DNA of 64,000 nucleotides, from assembly GCF_964204645.1 (NCBI RefSeq), contig NC_134032.1, forward strand, positions 12,450,275 to 12,514,274, given 5' to 3'. The DNA is from Tubulanus polymorphus. Its lineage: Eukaryota; Animalia; Nemertea. The translations under genes were made by a program, and so were the position numbers. The notes below the pieces were generated by a model, which was given only the letters and a program-made list of their open reading frames with translations, ran no database searches and was not told the origin of the DNA. Below are positions 34,481 to 46,400 of the stretch, one piece after another (position 1 is the first letter of the stretch; each line of letters opens with the position of its first letter).

Positions 34481-37400
34481 CTTTGCATTTAACCAAACTG
34501 CCTGAACTTTAAAACAAAAAGCATGGCCAAAGCCAAACATGCGATAATGCAAGTATTACGATTAAGATGCGGGCAGAGGGAGGAGGGGCTCGGGGGCTAT
34601 GGGTTTAGAGTGTGTAAGTTTTGAATTAATAGCTTAAGGCTTTAGAGGGTTTAAGAGAATATAGCTTAAGGCTTTAGGAACTTAAGGTTTAGGGTTTAGA
34701 GGGTGTTGGTTTAGAGGGTATTGGTTTAGGGTCTAAAGGATTTAATCTAGAGGGTTTCGGTTTAGAATCTGTCGGTTAAACATTTAGTGGATAAGGGGTT
34801 AGAGGGTTTTTACTTTGAAAGGATTTAAGTTAATAGGTTTAGGGTATCAAGTCTGGTTTAGGATTAATAGGGTCTAAAGGGTAAAGTTTTAGAGACTATA
34901 GGTTTAAGGTGTTAAGTAAGTAGGTTTAGGTTTAAAGGATACGTATGGTTGGGGCTTAAGAGACCATAGGTTTACAGTCTCAGCCATTGAGAAAGGATCT
35001 TGAACACAAATCTGTCTCACGACGACTTGTGTTTCCAGTTTTCTCATCAGTAAACGTCTGCGCTTATCTTGTCAGCTTTCATCTCCTCGAGACTTCTTGC
35101 CAGTTTTCATCTTCAGTCTTGCCATTAGGTAACATCTCCTTTGGATCTTATCAGTGTTCTTCACCACATCTCTTTGCATTTAACCAAACTTCCTGAACTT
35201 AAAAACAAAAAGCATGGCCAAAGCCAAACATGCGATAATGCAAGTATTACGATTAAGATGCGGGCAGAGGGAGGAGGGGCTCGGGGGCTATGGGTTTAGA
35301 GTGTGTAAGTTTTGAATTAATAGCTTAAGGCTTTAGAGGGTTTAAGAGAATATAGCTTAAAGCTTTAGGAACTTAAGGTTTAGGGTTTAGAGGGTGTTGG
35401 TTTAGAGGGTATTGGTTTAGGGTCTCAAGGATTTAATCTAGAGGGTTTCGGTTTAGAATCTGTCGGTTAAACATTTAGTGGATAAGGGGTTAGAGGGTTT
35501 TAAGTTAATAGGTTTAGGGTATCAAGTCTGGTTTAGGATTAAGAGGGTCTAAAGGGTAAAGTTTTAGAGACTATAAGTTTAAGGTATTAAGTAAGTAGGT
35601 TTAGGTTTTCAAGGATACGTATGGTTGGGGCTTAAGAGACTATAGGTTTACAGTCTCAGCCATTGAGAAAGGATCTTGAAAACAAATCTGTCTCACGACG
35701 ACTAGTGTTTCCAGTCTTCTCATCAGTAAACATCTTCGCTTATCTTGTCAGCTTTCATCTCCTCGAGACTTCTTGCCAGTTTTCATCTTCAGTCTTGCCA
35801 TTAGGTAACATCTCCTTTGGATCTTATCAGTTTTCTTCACCACATCTCTTTGCATTTAACCAAACTTCCTGAACTTAAAAACAAAAAGCATGGCCAAAGC
35901 CAAACATGCGATAATGCAAGTATTACGGTTAAGATGCGGGCAGAGGGAGGAGGGGCTCGGGGGCCATGGGTTTAGAGTGTGTAAGTTTTGAATTAATAGC
36001 TTAAGGCTTTAGAGGATTTAAGAGAATATAGCTTAAGGCTTTAGGAACTTAAGGTTTAGGGTTTAGAGGGTGTTGGTTTAGAGGGTATTGGTTTAGGGTC
36101 TAAAGGATTTAATCTAGAGGGTTTCGGTTTAGAATCTGTCGGTTAAACATTTAGTGGATAAGGGGTTAGAGGGTTTTTGCTTGGAAGGGATTTAAGTTAA
36201 TAGGTTTAGGGTATCAAGTCTGGTTTAGGATTAAGAGGGTCTAAAGGGTAAAGTTTTAGAGACTATAGGCTTAAGGTATTAAGTTAGTAGGTTTAGGTTT
36301 AAAGGATACGTATGGTTGGGGCTTAAGAGACTATAGGTTTACAGTCTCAGCCATTGAGAAAGGATCTTGAAAACAAATCTGTCTGACGACGACTTGTGTT
36401 TCCAGTCTTCTAATCAGTAATCGTCTGCGCTTATCTTGTCAGCTTTCATCTCCTCGAGACTTCTTGCCAGTTTTCATCTTCAGTCTTGCCATTAGGTAAC
36501 ATCTCCTTTGGATCTCATCAGTTTTCTTCACCACATCTCTTTGCATTTAACCAAACTTCCTGAACTTAAAAACAAAAAGCATGGCCAAAGCCAAACATGC
36601 GATAATGCAAGTATTACGATTAAGATGCGGGCAGAGGGAGGAGGGGCTCGGGGGCTATGGGTTTAGAGTGTGTAAGTTTTGAATTAATAGCTTAAGGCTT
36701 TAGAGAGTTTAAGAGAATATAGCTTAAGGCTTTAGGAACTTAAGGTTTAGGGTTTAGAGGGTGTTGGTTTAGAGGGTATTGGTTTAGGGTCTCAAGGATT
36801 TAATCTAGAGGGTTTCGGTTTAGAATCTGTCGGTTAAACATTTAGTGGATAAGGGGTTAGAGGGTTTTGCTTGGAAGGGATTTAAGTTAATAGGTTTAGG
36901 GTATCAAGTCTGGTTTAGGGTTCAGAGGGTCTAAAGGGTAAAGTTTTAGAGACTATAGGTTTAAGGTATTAAGTAAGTAGGTTTAGGTTTTAAAGGATAC
37001 GTATGGTTGGGGCTTAAGAGACTATAGGTTTACAGTCTCAGCCATTGAGAAAGGATCTTGAAAACAAATCTGTCTCACAACGACAAGTGTTTCCAGTCTT
37101 CTCATCAGTAAACATCTTCGCTTATCTTGTCAGCTTTCATCTCCTCGAGACTTCTTGCCAGTTTTCATCTTCAGTCTTGCCATTAGGTAACATCTCCTTT
37201 GGATCTTATCAGTTTTCTTCACCACATCTCTTTGCATTTAACCAAACTTCCTGAACTTAAAAACAAAAAGCATGGCCAAAGCCAAACATGCGATAATGCA
37301 AGTATTACGGTTAAGATGCGGGCAGAGGGAGGAGGGGCTCGGGGGCTATGGGTTTAGAGTGTGTAAGTTTTGAATTAATAGCTTAAGGCTTAAGTGGGTT

Positions 37401-40400
37401 TAAGAGAATATAGCTTAAGGCTTTAGGAACTTAAGGTTTAGGGTTTAGAGGGTGTTGGTTTAGAGGGTATTGGTTTAGGGTCTCAAGGATTTAATCTAGA
37501 GGGTTTGGGTTTAGAATCTGTCGGTTAAACATTTAGTGGATAAGGGGTTAGAGGGTTTTTGCTTGGAAGGGATTTAAGTTAATAGGTTTAGGATATCAAG
37601 TCTGGTTTAGGATTAAGAGGGTCTAAAGGGTAAAGTTTTAGAGACTATAGGCTTAAGGTATTAAGTTAGTAGGTTTAGGTTTAAAGGATATGTATGGTTG
37701 GGGCTTAAGAGACTATAGGTTTACAGTCTCAGCCATTGAGAAAGGATCTTGAAAACAAATCTGTCTGACGACGACTTGTGTTTCCAGTCTTCTCATCAGT
37801 AATCGTCTGCGCTTATCTTGTCAGCTTTCATCTCCTCGAGACTTCTTGCCAGTTTTCATCTTCAGTCTTGCCATTAGGTAACATCTCCTTTGGATCTCAT
37901 CAGTTTTCTTCACCACATCTCTTTGCATTTAACCAAACTTCCTGAACTTAAAAACAAAAAGCATGGCCAAAGCCAAACATGCGATAATGCAAGTATTACG
38001 ATTAAGATGCGGGCAGAGGGAGGAGGGGCTCGGGGGCTATGGGTTTAGAGTGTGTAAGTTTTGAATTAATAGCTTAAGGCTTTAGAGGGTTTAAGACAAT
38101 ATAGCTTAAGGCTTTAGGAACTTAAGGTTTAGGGTTTAGAGGGTGTTGGTTTAGAGGGTATTGGTTTAGGGTCTCAAGGATTTAATCTAGAGGGTTTGGG
38201 TTTAGAATCTGTCGGTTAAACATTTAGTGGATAAGGGGTTAGAGGGTTTTGCTTGGAAGGGATTTAAGTTAATAGGTTTAGGGTATCAAGTCTGGTTTAG
38301 GGTTCAGAGGGTCTAAAGGGTAAAGTTTTAGAGACTATAGGTTTAAGGTATTAAGTAAGTAGGTTTAGGTTTTAAAGGATACTTATGGTTGGGGCTTAAG
38401 AGACTATAGGTTTACAGTCTCAGCCATTGAGAAAGGATCTTGAAAACAAATCTGTCTCACAACGACAAGTGTTTCCAGTCTTCTCATCAGTAAACATCTT
38501 CGCTTATCTTGTCAGCTTTCATCTCCTCGAGACTTCTTGCCAGTTTTCATCTTCAGTCTTGCCATTAGGTAACATCTCCTTTGGATCTTATCAGTTTTCT
38601 TCACCACATCTCTTTGCATTTAACCAAACTTCCTGAACTTAAAAACAAAAAGCATGGCCAAAGCCAAACATGCGATAATGCAAGTATTACGGTTAAGATG
38701 CGGGCAGAGGGAGGAGGGGCTCGGGGGCTATGGGTTTAGAGTGTGTAAGTTTTGAATTAATAGCTTAAGGCTTAAGTGGGTTTAAGAGAATATAGCTTAA
38801 GGCTTTAGGAACTTAAGGTTTAGGGTTTAGAGGGTGTTGGTTTAGAGGGTATTGGTTTAGGGTCTCAAGGATTTAATCTAGAGGGTTTGGGTTTAGAATC
38901 TGTCGGTTAAACATTTAGTGGATAAGGGGTTAGAGGGTTTTTGCTTGGAAGGGATTTAAGTTAATAGGTTTAGGGTATCAAGTCTGGTTTAGGATTAAGA
39001 GGGTCTAAAGGGTAAAGTTTTAGAGACTATAGGCTTAAGGTATTAAGTTAGTAGGTTTAGGTTTAAAGGATATGTATGGTTGGGGCTTAAGAGACTATAG
39101 GTTTACAGTCTCAGCCATTGAGAAAGGATCTTGAAAACAAATCTGTCTCACGACGACTAGTGTTTCCAGTCTTCTCATCAGTAAACATCTTCGCTTATCT
39201 TGTCAGCTTTCATCTCCTCGAGACTTCTTGCCAGTTTTCATCTTCAGTCTTGCCATTAGGTAACATCTCCTTTGGATCTCATCAGTTTTCTTCACCACAT
39301 CTCTTTGCATTTAACCAAACTTCCTGAACTTAAAAACAAAAAGCATGGCCAAAGCCAAACATGCGATAATGCAAGTATTACGATTAAGATGCGGGCAGAG
39401 GGAGGAGGGGCTCGGGGGCTATGGGTTTAGAGTGTGTAAGTTTTGAATTAATAGCTTAAGGCTTTAGAGGGTTTAAGAGAATATAGCTTAAGGCTTTAGG
39501 AACTTAAGGTTTAGGGTTTAGAGGGTGTTGGTTTAGAGGGTATTGGTTTAGGGTCTCAAGGATTTAATCTAGAGGGTTTCGGTTTAGAATCTGTCGGTTA
39601 AACATTTAGTGGATAAGGGGTTAGAGGGTTTTGCTTGGAAGGGATTTAAGTTAATAGGTTTAGGGTATCAAGTCTGGTTTAGGGTTCAGAGGGTCTAAAG
39701 GGTAATTTTAGAGACTATAGGTTTAAGGTATTAAGTAAGTAGGTTTAGGTTTTAAAGGATACGTATGGTTGGGGCTTAAGAGACTATAGGTTTACAGTCT
39801 CAGCCATTGAGAAAGGATCTTGAAAACAAATCTGTCTCACAACGACAAGTGTTTCCAGTCTTCTCATCAGTAAACATCTTCGCTTATCTTGTCAGCTTTC
39901 ATCTCCTCGAGACTTCTTGCCAGTTTTCATCTTCAGTCTTGCCATTAGGTAACATCTCCTTTGGATCTTATCAGTTTTCTTCACCACATCTCTTTGCATT
40001 TAACCAAACTTCCTGAACTTAAAAACAAAAAGCATGGCCAAAGCCAAACATGCGATAATGCAAGTATTACGGTTAAGATGCGGGCAGAGGGAGGAGGGGC
40101 TCGGGGGCTATGGGTTTAGAGTGTGTAAGTTTTGAATTAATAGCTTAAGGCTTTAGTGGGTTTAAGAGAATATAGCTTAAGGCTTTAGGAACTTAAGGTT
40201 TAGGGTTTAGAGGGTGTTGGTTTAGAGGGTATTGGTTTAGGGTCTCAAGGATTTAATCTAGAGGGTTTCGGTTTAGAATCTGTCGGTTAAACATCTAGTG
40301 GATAAGGGGTTAGAGGGTTTTTACTTTGAAGGGATTTAAGTTAATAGGTTTAGGGTATCAAGTCTGGTTTAGGATTAATAGGGTCTAAAGGGAAAAGTTT

Positions 40401-43400
40401 TAGAGACTCTAGATTTAAGGTATTAAGTAAGTAGGTTTAGGTTTAAAGGATACGTATGGTTGAGGCTTAAGAGACCATAGGTTTACAGTCTCAGCCATTG
40501 AGAAAGGATCTTGAACACAAATCTGTCTCACGACGACTTGTGTTTCCAGTCTTCTCATCAGTAAACGTCTGCGCTTATCTTGTCAGCTTTCATCTCCTCG
40601 AGACTTCTTGCCAGTTTTCATCTTCAGTCTTGCCATTAGGTAACATCTCCTTTGGATCTTATCAGTGTTCTTCACCACATCTCTTTGCATTTAACCAAAC
40701 TTCCTGAACTTAAAAACAAAAAGCATGGCCAAAGCCAAACATGCGATAATGCAAGTATTACGATTAAGATGCGGGCAGAGGGAGGAGGGGCTCGGGGACT
40801 ATGGGTTTAGAGTGTGTAAGTTTTGAATTAATAGCTTAAGGCTTTAGAGGGTTTAAGAGAATATAGCTTAAGGCTTTAGGAACTTAAGGTTTAGGGTTTA
40901 GAGGGTGTTGGTTTAGAGGGTATTGGTTTAGGGTCTCAAGGATTTAATCTAGAGGGTTTCGGTTTAGAATCTGTCGGTTAAACATTTAGTGGATAAGGGG
41001 TTAGAGGGTTTTAAGTTAATAGGTTTAGGGTATCAAGTCTGGTTTAGGATTAAGAGGGTCTAAAGGGTAAAGTTTTAGAGACTATAAGTTTAAGGTATTA
41101 AGTAAGTAGGTTTAGGTTTTCAAGGATACGTATGGTTGGGGCTTAAGAGACTATAGGTTTACAGTCTCAGCCATTGAGAAAGGATCTTGAAAACAAATCT
41201 GTCTCACGACGACTAGTGTTTCCAGTCTTCTCATCAGTAAACATCTTCGCTTATCTTGTCAGCTTTCATCTCCTCGAGACTTCTTGCCAGTTTTCATCTT
41301 CAGTCTTGCCATTAGGTAACATCTCCTTTGGATCTTATCAGTTTTCTTCACCACATCTCTTTGCATTTAACCAAACTTCCTGAACTTAAAAACAAAAAGC
41401 ATGGCCAAAGCCAAACATGCGATAATGCAAGTATTACGGTTAAGATGCGGGCAGAGGGAGGAGGGGCTCGGGAGCTATGGGTTTAGAGTGTGTAAGTTTT
41501 GAATTAATAGCTTAAGGCTTTAGTGGGTTTAAGAGAATATAGCTTAAGGCTTTAGGAACTTAAGGTTTAGGGTTTAGAGGGTGTTGGTTTAGAGGGTATT
41601 GGTTTAGGGTCTAAAGGATTTAATCTAGAGGGTTTCGGTTTAGAATCTGTCGGTTAAACATTTAGTGGATAAGGGGTTAGAGGGTTTTTGCTTGGAAGGG
41701 ATTTAAGTTAATAGGTTTAGGATATCAAGTCTGGTTTAGGATTAAGAGGGTCTAAAGGGTAAAGTTTTAGAGACTATAGGTTTAGGGTATTAAGTAAGTA
41801 GGTTTAGGTTTGAAGGATACGTATGGTTGGGGCTTAAGAGACTATAGGTTTACAGTCTCAGCCATTGAGAAAGGATCTTGAAAACAAATCTGTCTCACAA
41901 CGACAAGTGTTTCCAGTCTTCTCATCAGTAAACATCTTCGCTTATCTTGTCAGCTTTCATCTCCTCGAGACTTCTTGCCAGTTTTCATCTTCAGTCTTGC
42001 CATTAGGTAACATCTCCTTTGGATCTTATCAGTTTTCTTCACCACATCTCTTTGCATTTAACCAAACTTCCTGATCTTAAAAACAAAAAGCATGGCCAAA
42101 GCCAAACATGCGATAATGCAAGTATTACGATTAAGATGCGGGCAGAGGGAGGAGGGGCTCAGGGGCTATGGGTTTAGAGTGTGTAAGTTTTGAATTAATA
42201 GCTTAAGGCTTTAGAGGGTTTAAGAGAATATAGCTTAAGGCTTTAGGAACTTAAGGTTTAGGGTTTAGAGGGTGTTGGTTTAGAGGGTATTGGTTTAGGG
42301 TCTCAAGGATTTAATCTAGAGGGTTTGGGTTTAGAATCTGTCGGTTAAACATTTAGTGGATAAGGGGTTAGAGGGTTTTTGCTTGGAAGGGATTTAAGTT
42401 AATAGGTTTAGGGTATCAAGTCTGGTTTAGGATTAAAAGGGTCTAAAGGGTAAAGTTTTAGAGACTATTAGTTTAAGGTATTAAGTAAGTAGGTTTAGGT
42501 TTAAAGGATACGTATGGTTGGGGCTTAAGAGACTATAGGTTTACAGTCTCAGCCATTGAGAAAGGATCTTGAAAACAAATCTGTCTCACGACGACTAGTG
42601 TTTCCAGTCTTCTCATCAGTAAACATCTTCGCTTATCTTGTCAGCTTTCATCTCCTCGAGACTTCTTGCCAGTTTTCATCTTCAGTCTTGCCATTAGGTA
42701 ACATCTCCTTTGGATCTTATCAGTTTTCTTCACCACATCTCTTTGCATTTAACCAAACTTCCTGAACTTAAAAACAAAAAGCATGGCCAAAGCCAAACAT
42801 GCGATAATGCAAGTATTACGGTTAAGATGCGGGCAGAGGGAGGAGGGGCTCGGGGGCTATGGGTTTAGAGTGTGTAAGTTTTGAATTAATAGCTTAAGGC
42901 TTTAGAGGGTTTAAGAGAATATAGCTTAAGGCTTTAGGAACTTAAGGTTTAGGGTTTAGAGGGTGTTGGTTTAGAGGGTATTGGTTTAGGGTCTAAAGGA
43001 TTTAATCTAGAGGGTTTCGGTTTAGAATCTGTCGGTTAAACATTTAGTGGATAAGGGGTTAGAGGGTTTAAGTTAATAGGTTTAGGGTATCAAGTCTGGT
43101 TTAGGATTAAGAGGGTCTAAAGGGTAAAGTTTTAGAGACTAGAAGTTTAAGGTATTAAGTAAGTAGGTTTAGGTTTTAAAGGATACGTATGGTTGGGGCT
43201 TAAGAGACTATAGGTTTACAGTCTCAGCCATTGAGAAAGGATCTTGAAAACAAATCTGTCTCACGACGACTAGTGTTTCCAGTCTTCTCATCAGTAAACA
43301 TCTTCGCCTATCTTGTCAGCTTTCATCTCCTCGAGACTTCTTGCCAGTTTTCATCTTCAGTCTTGCCATTAGGTAACATCTCCTTTGGATCTTATCAGTT

Positions 43401-46400
43401 TTCTTCACCACATCTCTTTGCATTTAACCAAACTTCCTGAACTTAAAAACAAAAAGCATGGCCAAAGCCAAACATGCGATAATGCAAGTATTACGGTTAA
43501 GATGCGGGCAGAGGGAGGAGGGGCTCGGGGGCCATGGGTTTAGAGTGTGTAAGTTTTGAATTAATAGCTTAAGGCTTTAGAGGGTTTAAGAGAATATAGC
43601 TTAAGGCTTTAGGAACTTAAGGTTTAGGGTTTAGAGGGTGTTGGTTTAGAGGGTATTGGTTTAGGGTCTAAAGGATTTAATCTAGAGGGTTTCGGTTTAG
43701 AATCTGTCGGTTAAACATTTAGTGGATAAGGGGTTAGAGGGTTTTTGCTTGGAAGGGATTTAAGTTAATAGGTTTAGGGTATCAAGTCTGGTTTAGGATT
43801 AAGAGGGTCTAAAGGGTAAAGTTTTAGAGACTATAGGTTTAAGGTATCAAGTAAGTAGGTTTAGGTTTTAAAGGATACGTATGGTTGGGGCTTAAGAGAC
43901 TATAATAGGTTTACAATCTCAGCCATTGAGAAAGGATCTTGAACACAAATCTGTCTCACGACGACTTGTGTTTCCAGTCTTCTCATCAGTAAACGTCTGC
44001 GCTTATCTTGTCAGCTTTCATCTCCTCGAGACTTCTTGCCAGTTTTCATCTTCAGTCTTGCCATTAGGTAACATCTGCTTTGGATCTTATCAGTGTTCTT
44101 CACCACATCTCTTTGCATTTAACCAAACTTCCTGAACTTAAAAACAAAAAGCATGGCCAAAGCCAAACATGCGATAATGCAAGTATTACGGTTAAGATGC
44201 GGGCAAAGGGAGGAGGGGCTCGGGGGCTATGGGTTTAGAGTGTGTAAGTTTTGAATTAATAGCTTAAGGCTTTAGAGGGTTTAAGAGAATATAGCTTAAG
44301 GCTTTAGGAACTTAAGGTTTAGGGTTTAGAGGGTGTTGGTTTAGAGGGTATTGGTTTAGGGTCTCAAGGATTTAATCTAGAGGGTTTCGGTTTAGAATCT
44401 GTCGGTTAAAAATTTAGTGCATAAGGGGTTAGAGGGTTTTAAGTTAATAGGTTTAGGGTATCAAGTCTGGTTTAGGATTAAGAGGGTCTAAAGGGTAAAG
44501 TTTTAGAGACTATAAGTTTAAGGTATTAAGTAAGTAGGTTTAGGTTTTAAAGGATACATATGGTTGAGGCTTAAGAGACTATAGGTTTACAGTCTCAGCC
44601 ATTGAGAAAGGATCTTGAAAACAAATCTGTCTCACGATGACTAGTGTTTCCAGTCTTCTCATCAGTAAACATCTTCGCTTATCTTGTCAGCTTTCATCTC
44701 CTCGAGACTTCTTGCCAGTTTTCATCTTCAGTCTTGCCATTAGGTAACATCTCCTTTGGATCTTATCAGTTTTCTTCACCACATCTCTTTGCATTTAACC
44801 AAACTTCCTGAACTTAAAAACAAAAAGCATGGCCAAAGCCAAACATGCGATAATGCAAGTATTACGGTTAAGATGCGGGCAGAGGGAGGAGGGGCTCGGG
44901 GGCTATGGGTTTAGAGTGTGTAAGTTTTGAATTAATAGCTTAAGGCTTTAGAGGGTTTAAGAGAATATAGCTTAAGGCTTTAGGAACTTAAGGTTTAGGG
45001 TTTAGAGGGTGTTGGTTTAGAGGGTATTGGTTTAGGGTCTAAAGGATTTAATCTAGAGGGTTTCGGTTTAGAATCTGTCGGTTAAACATTTAGTGGATAA
45101 GGGGTTAGAGGGTTTAAGTTAATAGGTTTAGGGTATCAAGTCTGGTTTAGGATTAAGAGGGTCTAAAGGGTCAAGTTTTAGAGACTAGAAGTTTAAGGTA
45201 TTAAGTAAGTAGGTTTAGGTTTTAAAGGATACGTATGGTTGGGGCTTAAGAGACTATAGGTTTACAGTCTCAGCCATTGAGAAAGGATCTTGAAAACAAA
45301 TCTGTCTCACGACGACTAGTGTTTCCAGTCTTCTCATCAGTAAACATCTTCGCTTATCTTGTCAGCTTTCATCTCCTCGAGACTTCTTGCCAGTTTTCAT
45401 CTTCAGTCTTGCCATTAGGTAACATCTCCTTTGGATCTTATCAGTTTTCTTCACCACATCTCTTTGCATTTAACCAAACTTCCTGAACTTAAAAACAAAA
45501 AGCATGGCCAAAGCCAAACATGCGATAATGCAAGTATTACGGTTAAGATGCGAACAGAGGGAGGAGGGGCTCGGGGGCTATGGGTTTAGAGTGTGTAAGT
45601 TTTGAATTAATAGCTTAAGGCTTTAGAGGGTTTAAGAGAATATAGCTTAAGGCTTTAGGAACTTAAGGTTTAGGGTTTAGAGGGTGTTGGTTTAGAGGGT
45701 ATTGGTTTAGGGTCTCAAGGATTTAATCTAGAGGGTTTCGGTTTAGAATCTGTCGGTTAAACATTTAGTGGATAAGGGGTTAGAGGGTTTTGCTTGGAAG
45801 GGATTTAAGTTAATAGGTTTAGGGTATCAAGTCTGGTTTAGGGTTCAGAGGGTCTAAAGGGTAAAGTTTTAGAGACTATAGGTTTAAGGTATTAAGTAAG
45901 TAGGTTTAGGTTTTAAAGGATACGTATGGTTGGGGCTTAAGAGACTATAGGTTTACAGTCTCAGCCATTGAGAAAGGATCTTGAAAACAAATCTGTCTCA
46001 CGACGACTAGTGTTTCCAGTCTTCTCATCAGTAAACATCTTCGCTTATCTTGTCAGCTTTCATCTCCTCGAGACTTCTTGCCAGTTTTCATCTTCAGTCT
46101 TGCCATTAGGTAACATCTCCTTTGGATCTTATCAGTTTTCTTCACCACATCTCTTTGCATTTAACCAAACTTCCTGAACTTAAAAACAAAAAGCATGGCC
46201 AAAGCCAAACATGCGATAATGCAAGTATTACGGTTAAGATGCGGGCAGAGGGAGGAGGGGCTCGGGGGCTATGGCTTTAGAGTGTGTAAGTTTTGAATTA
46301 ATAGCTTAAGGCTTTAGTGGGTTTAAGAGAATATAGCTTAAGGCTTTAGGAACTTAAGGTTTAGGGTTTAGAGGGTGTTGGTTTAGAGGGTGTTGGTTTA

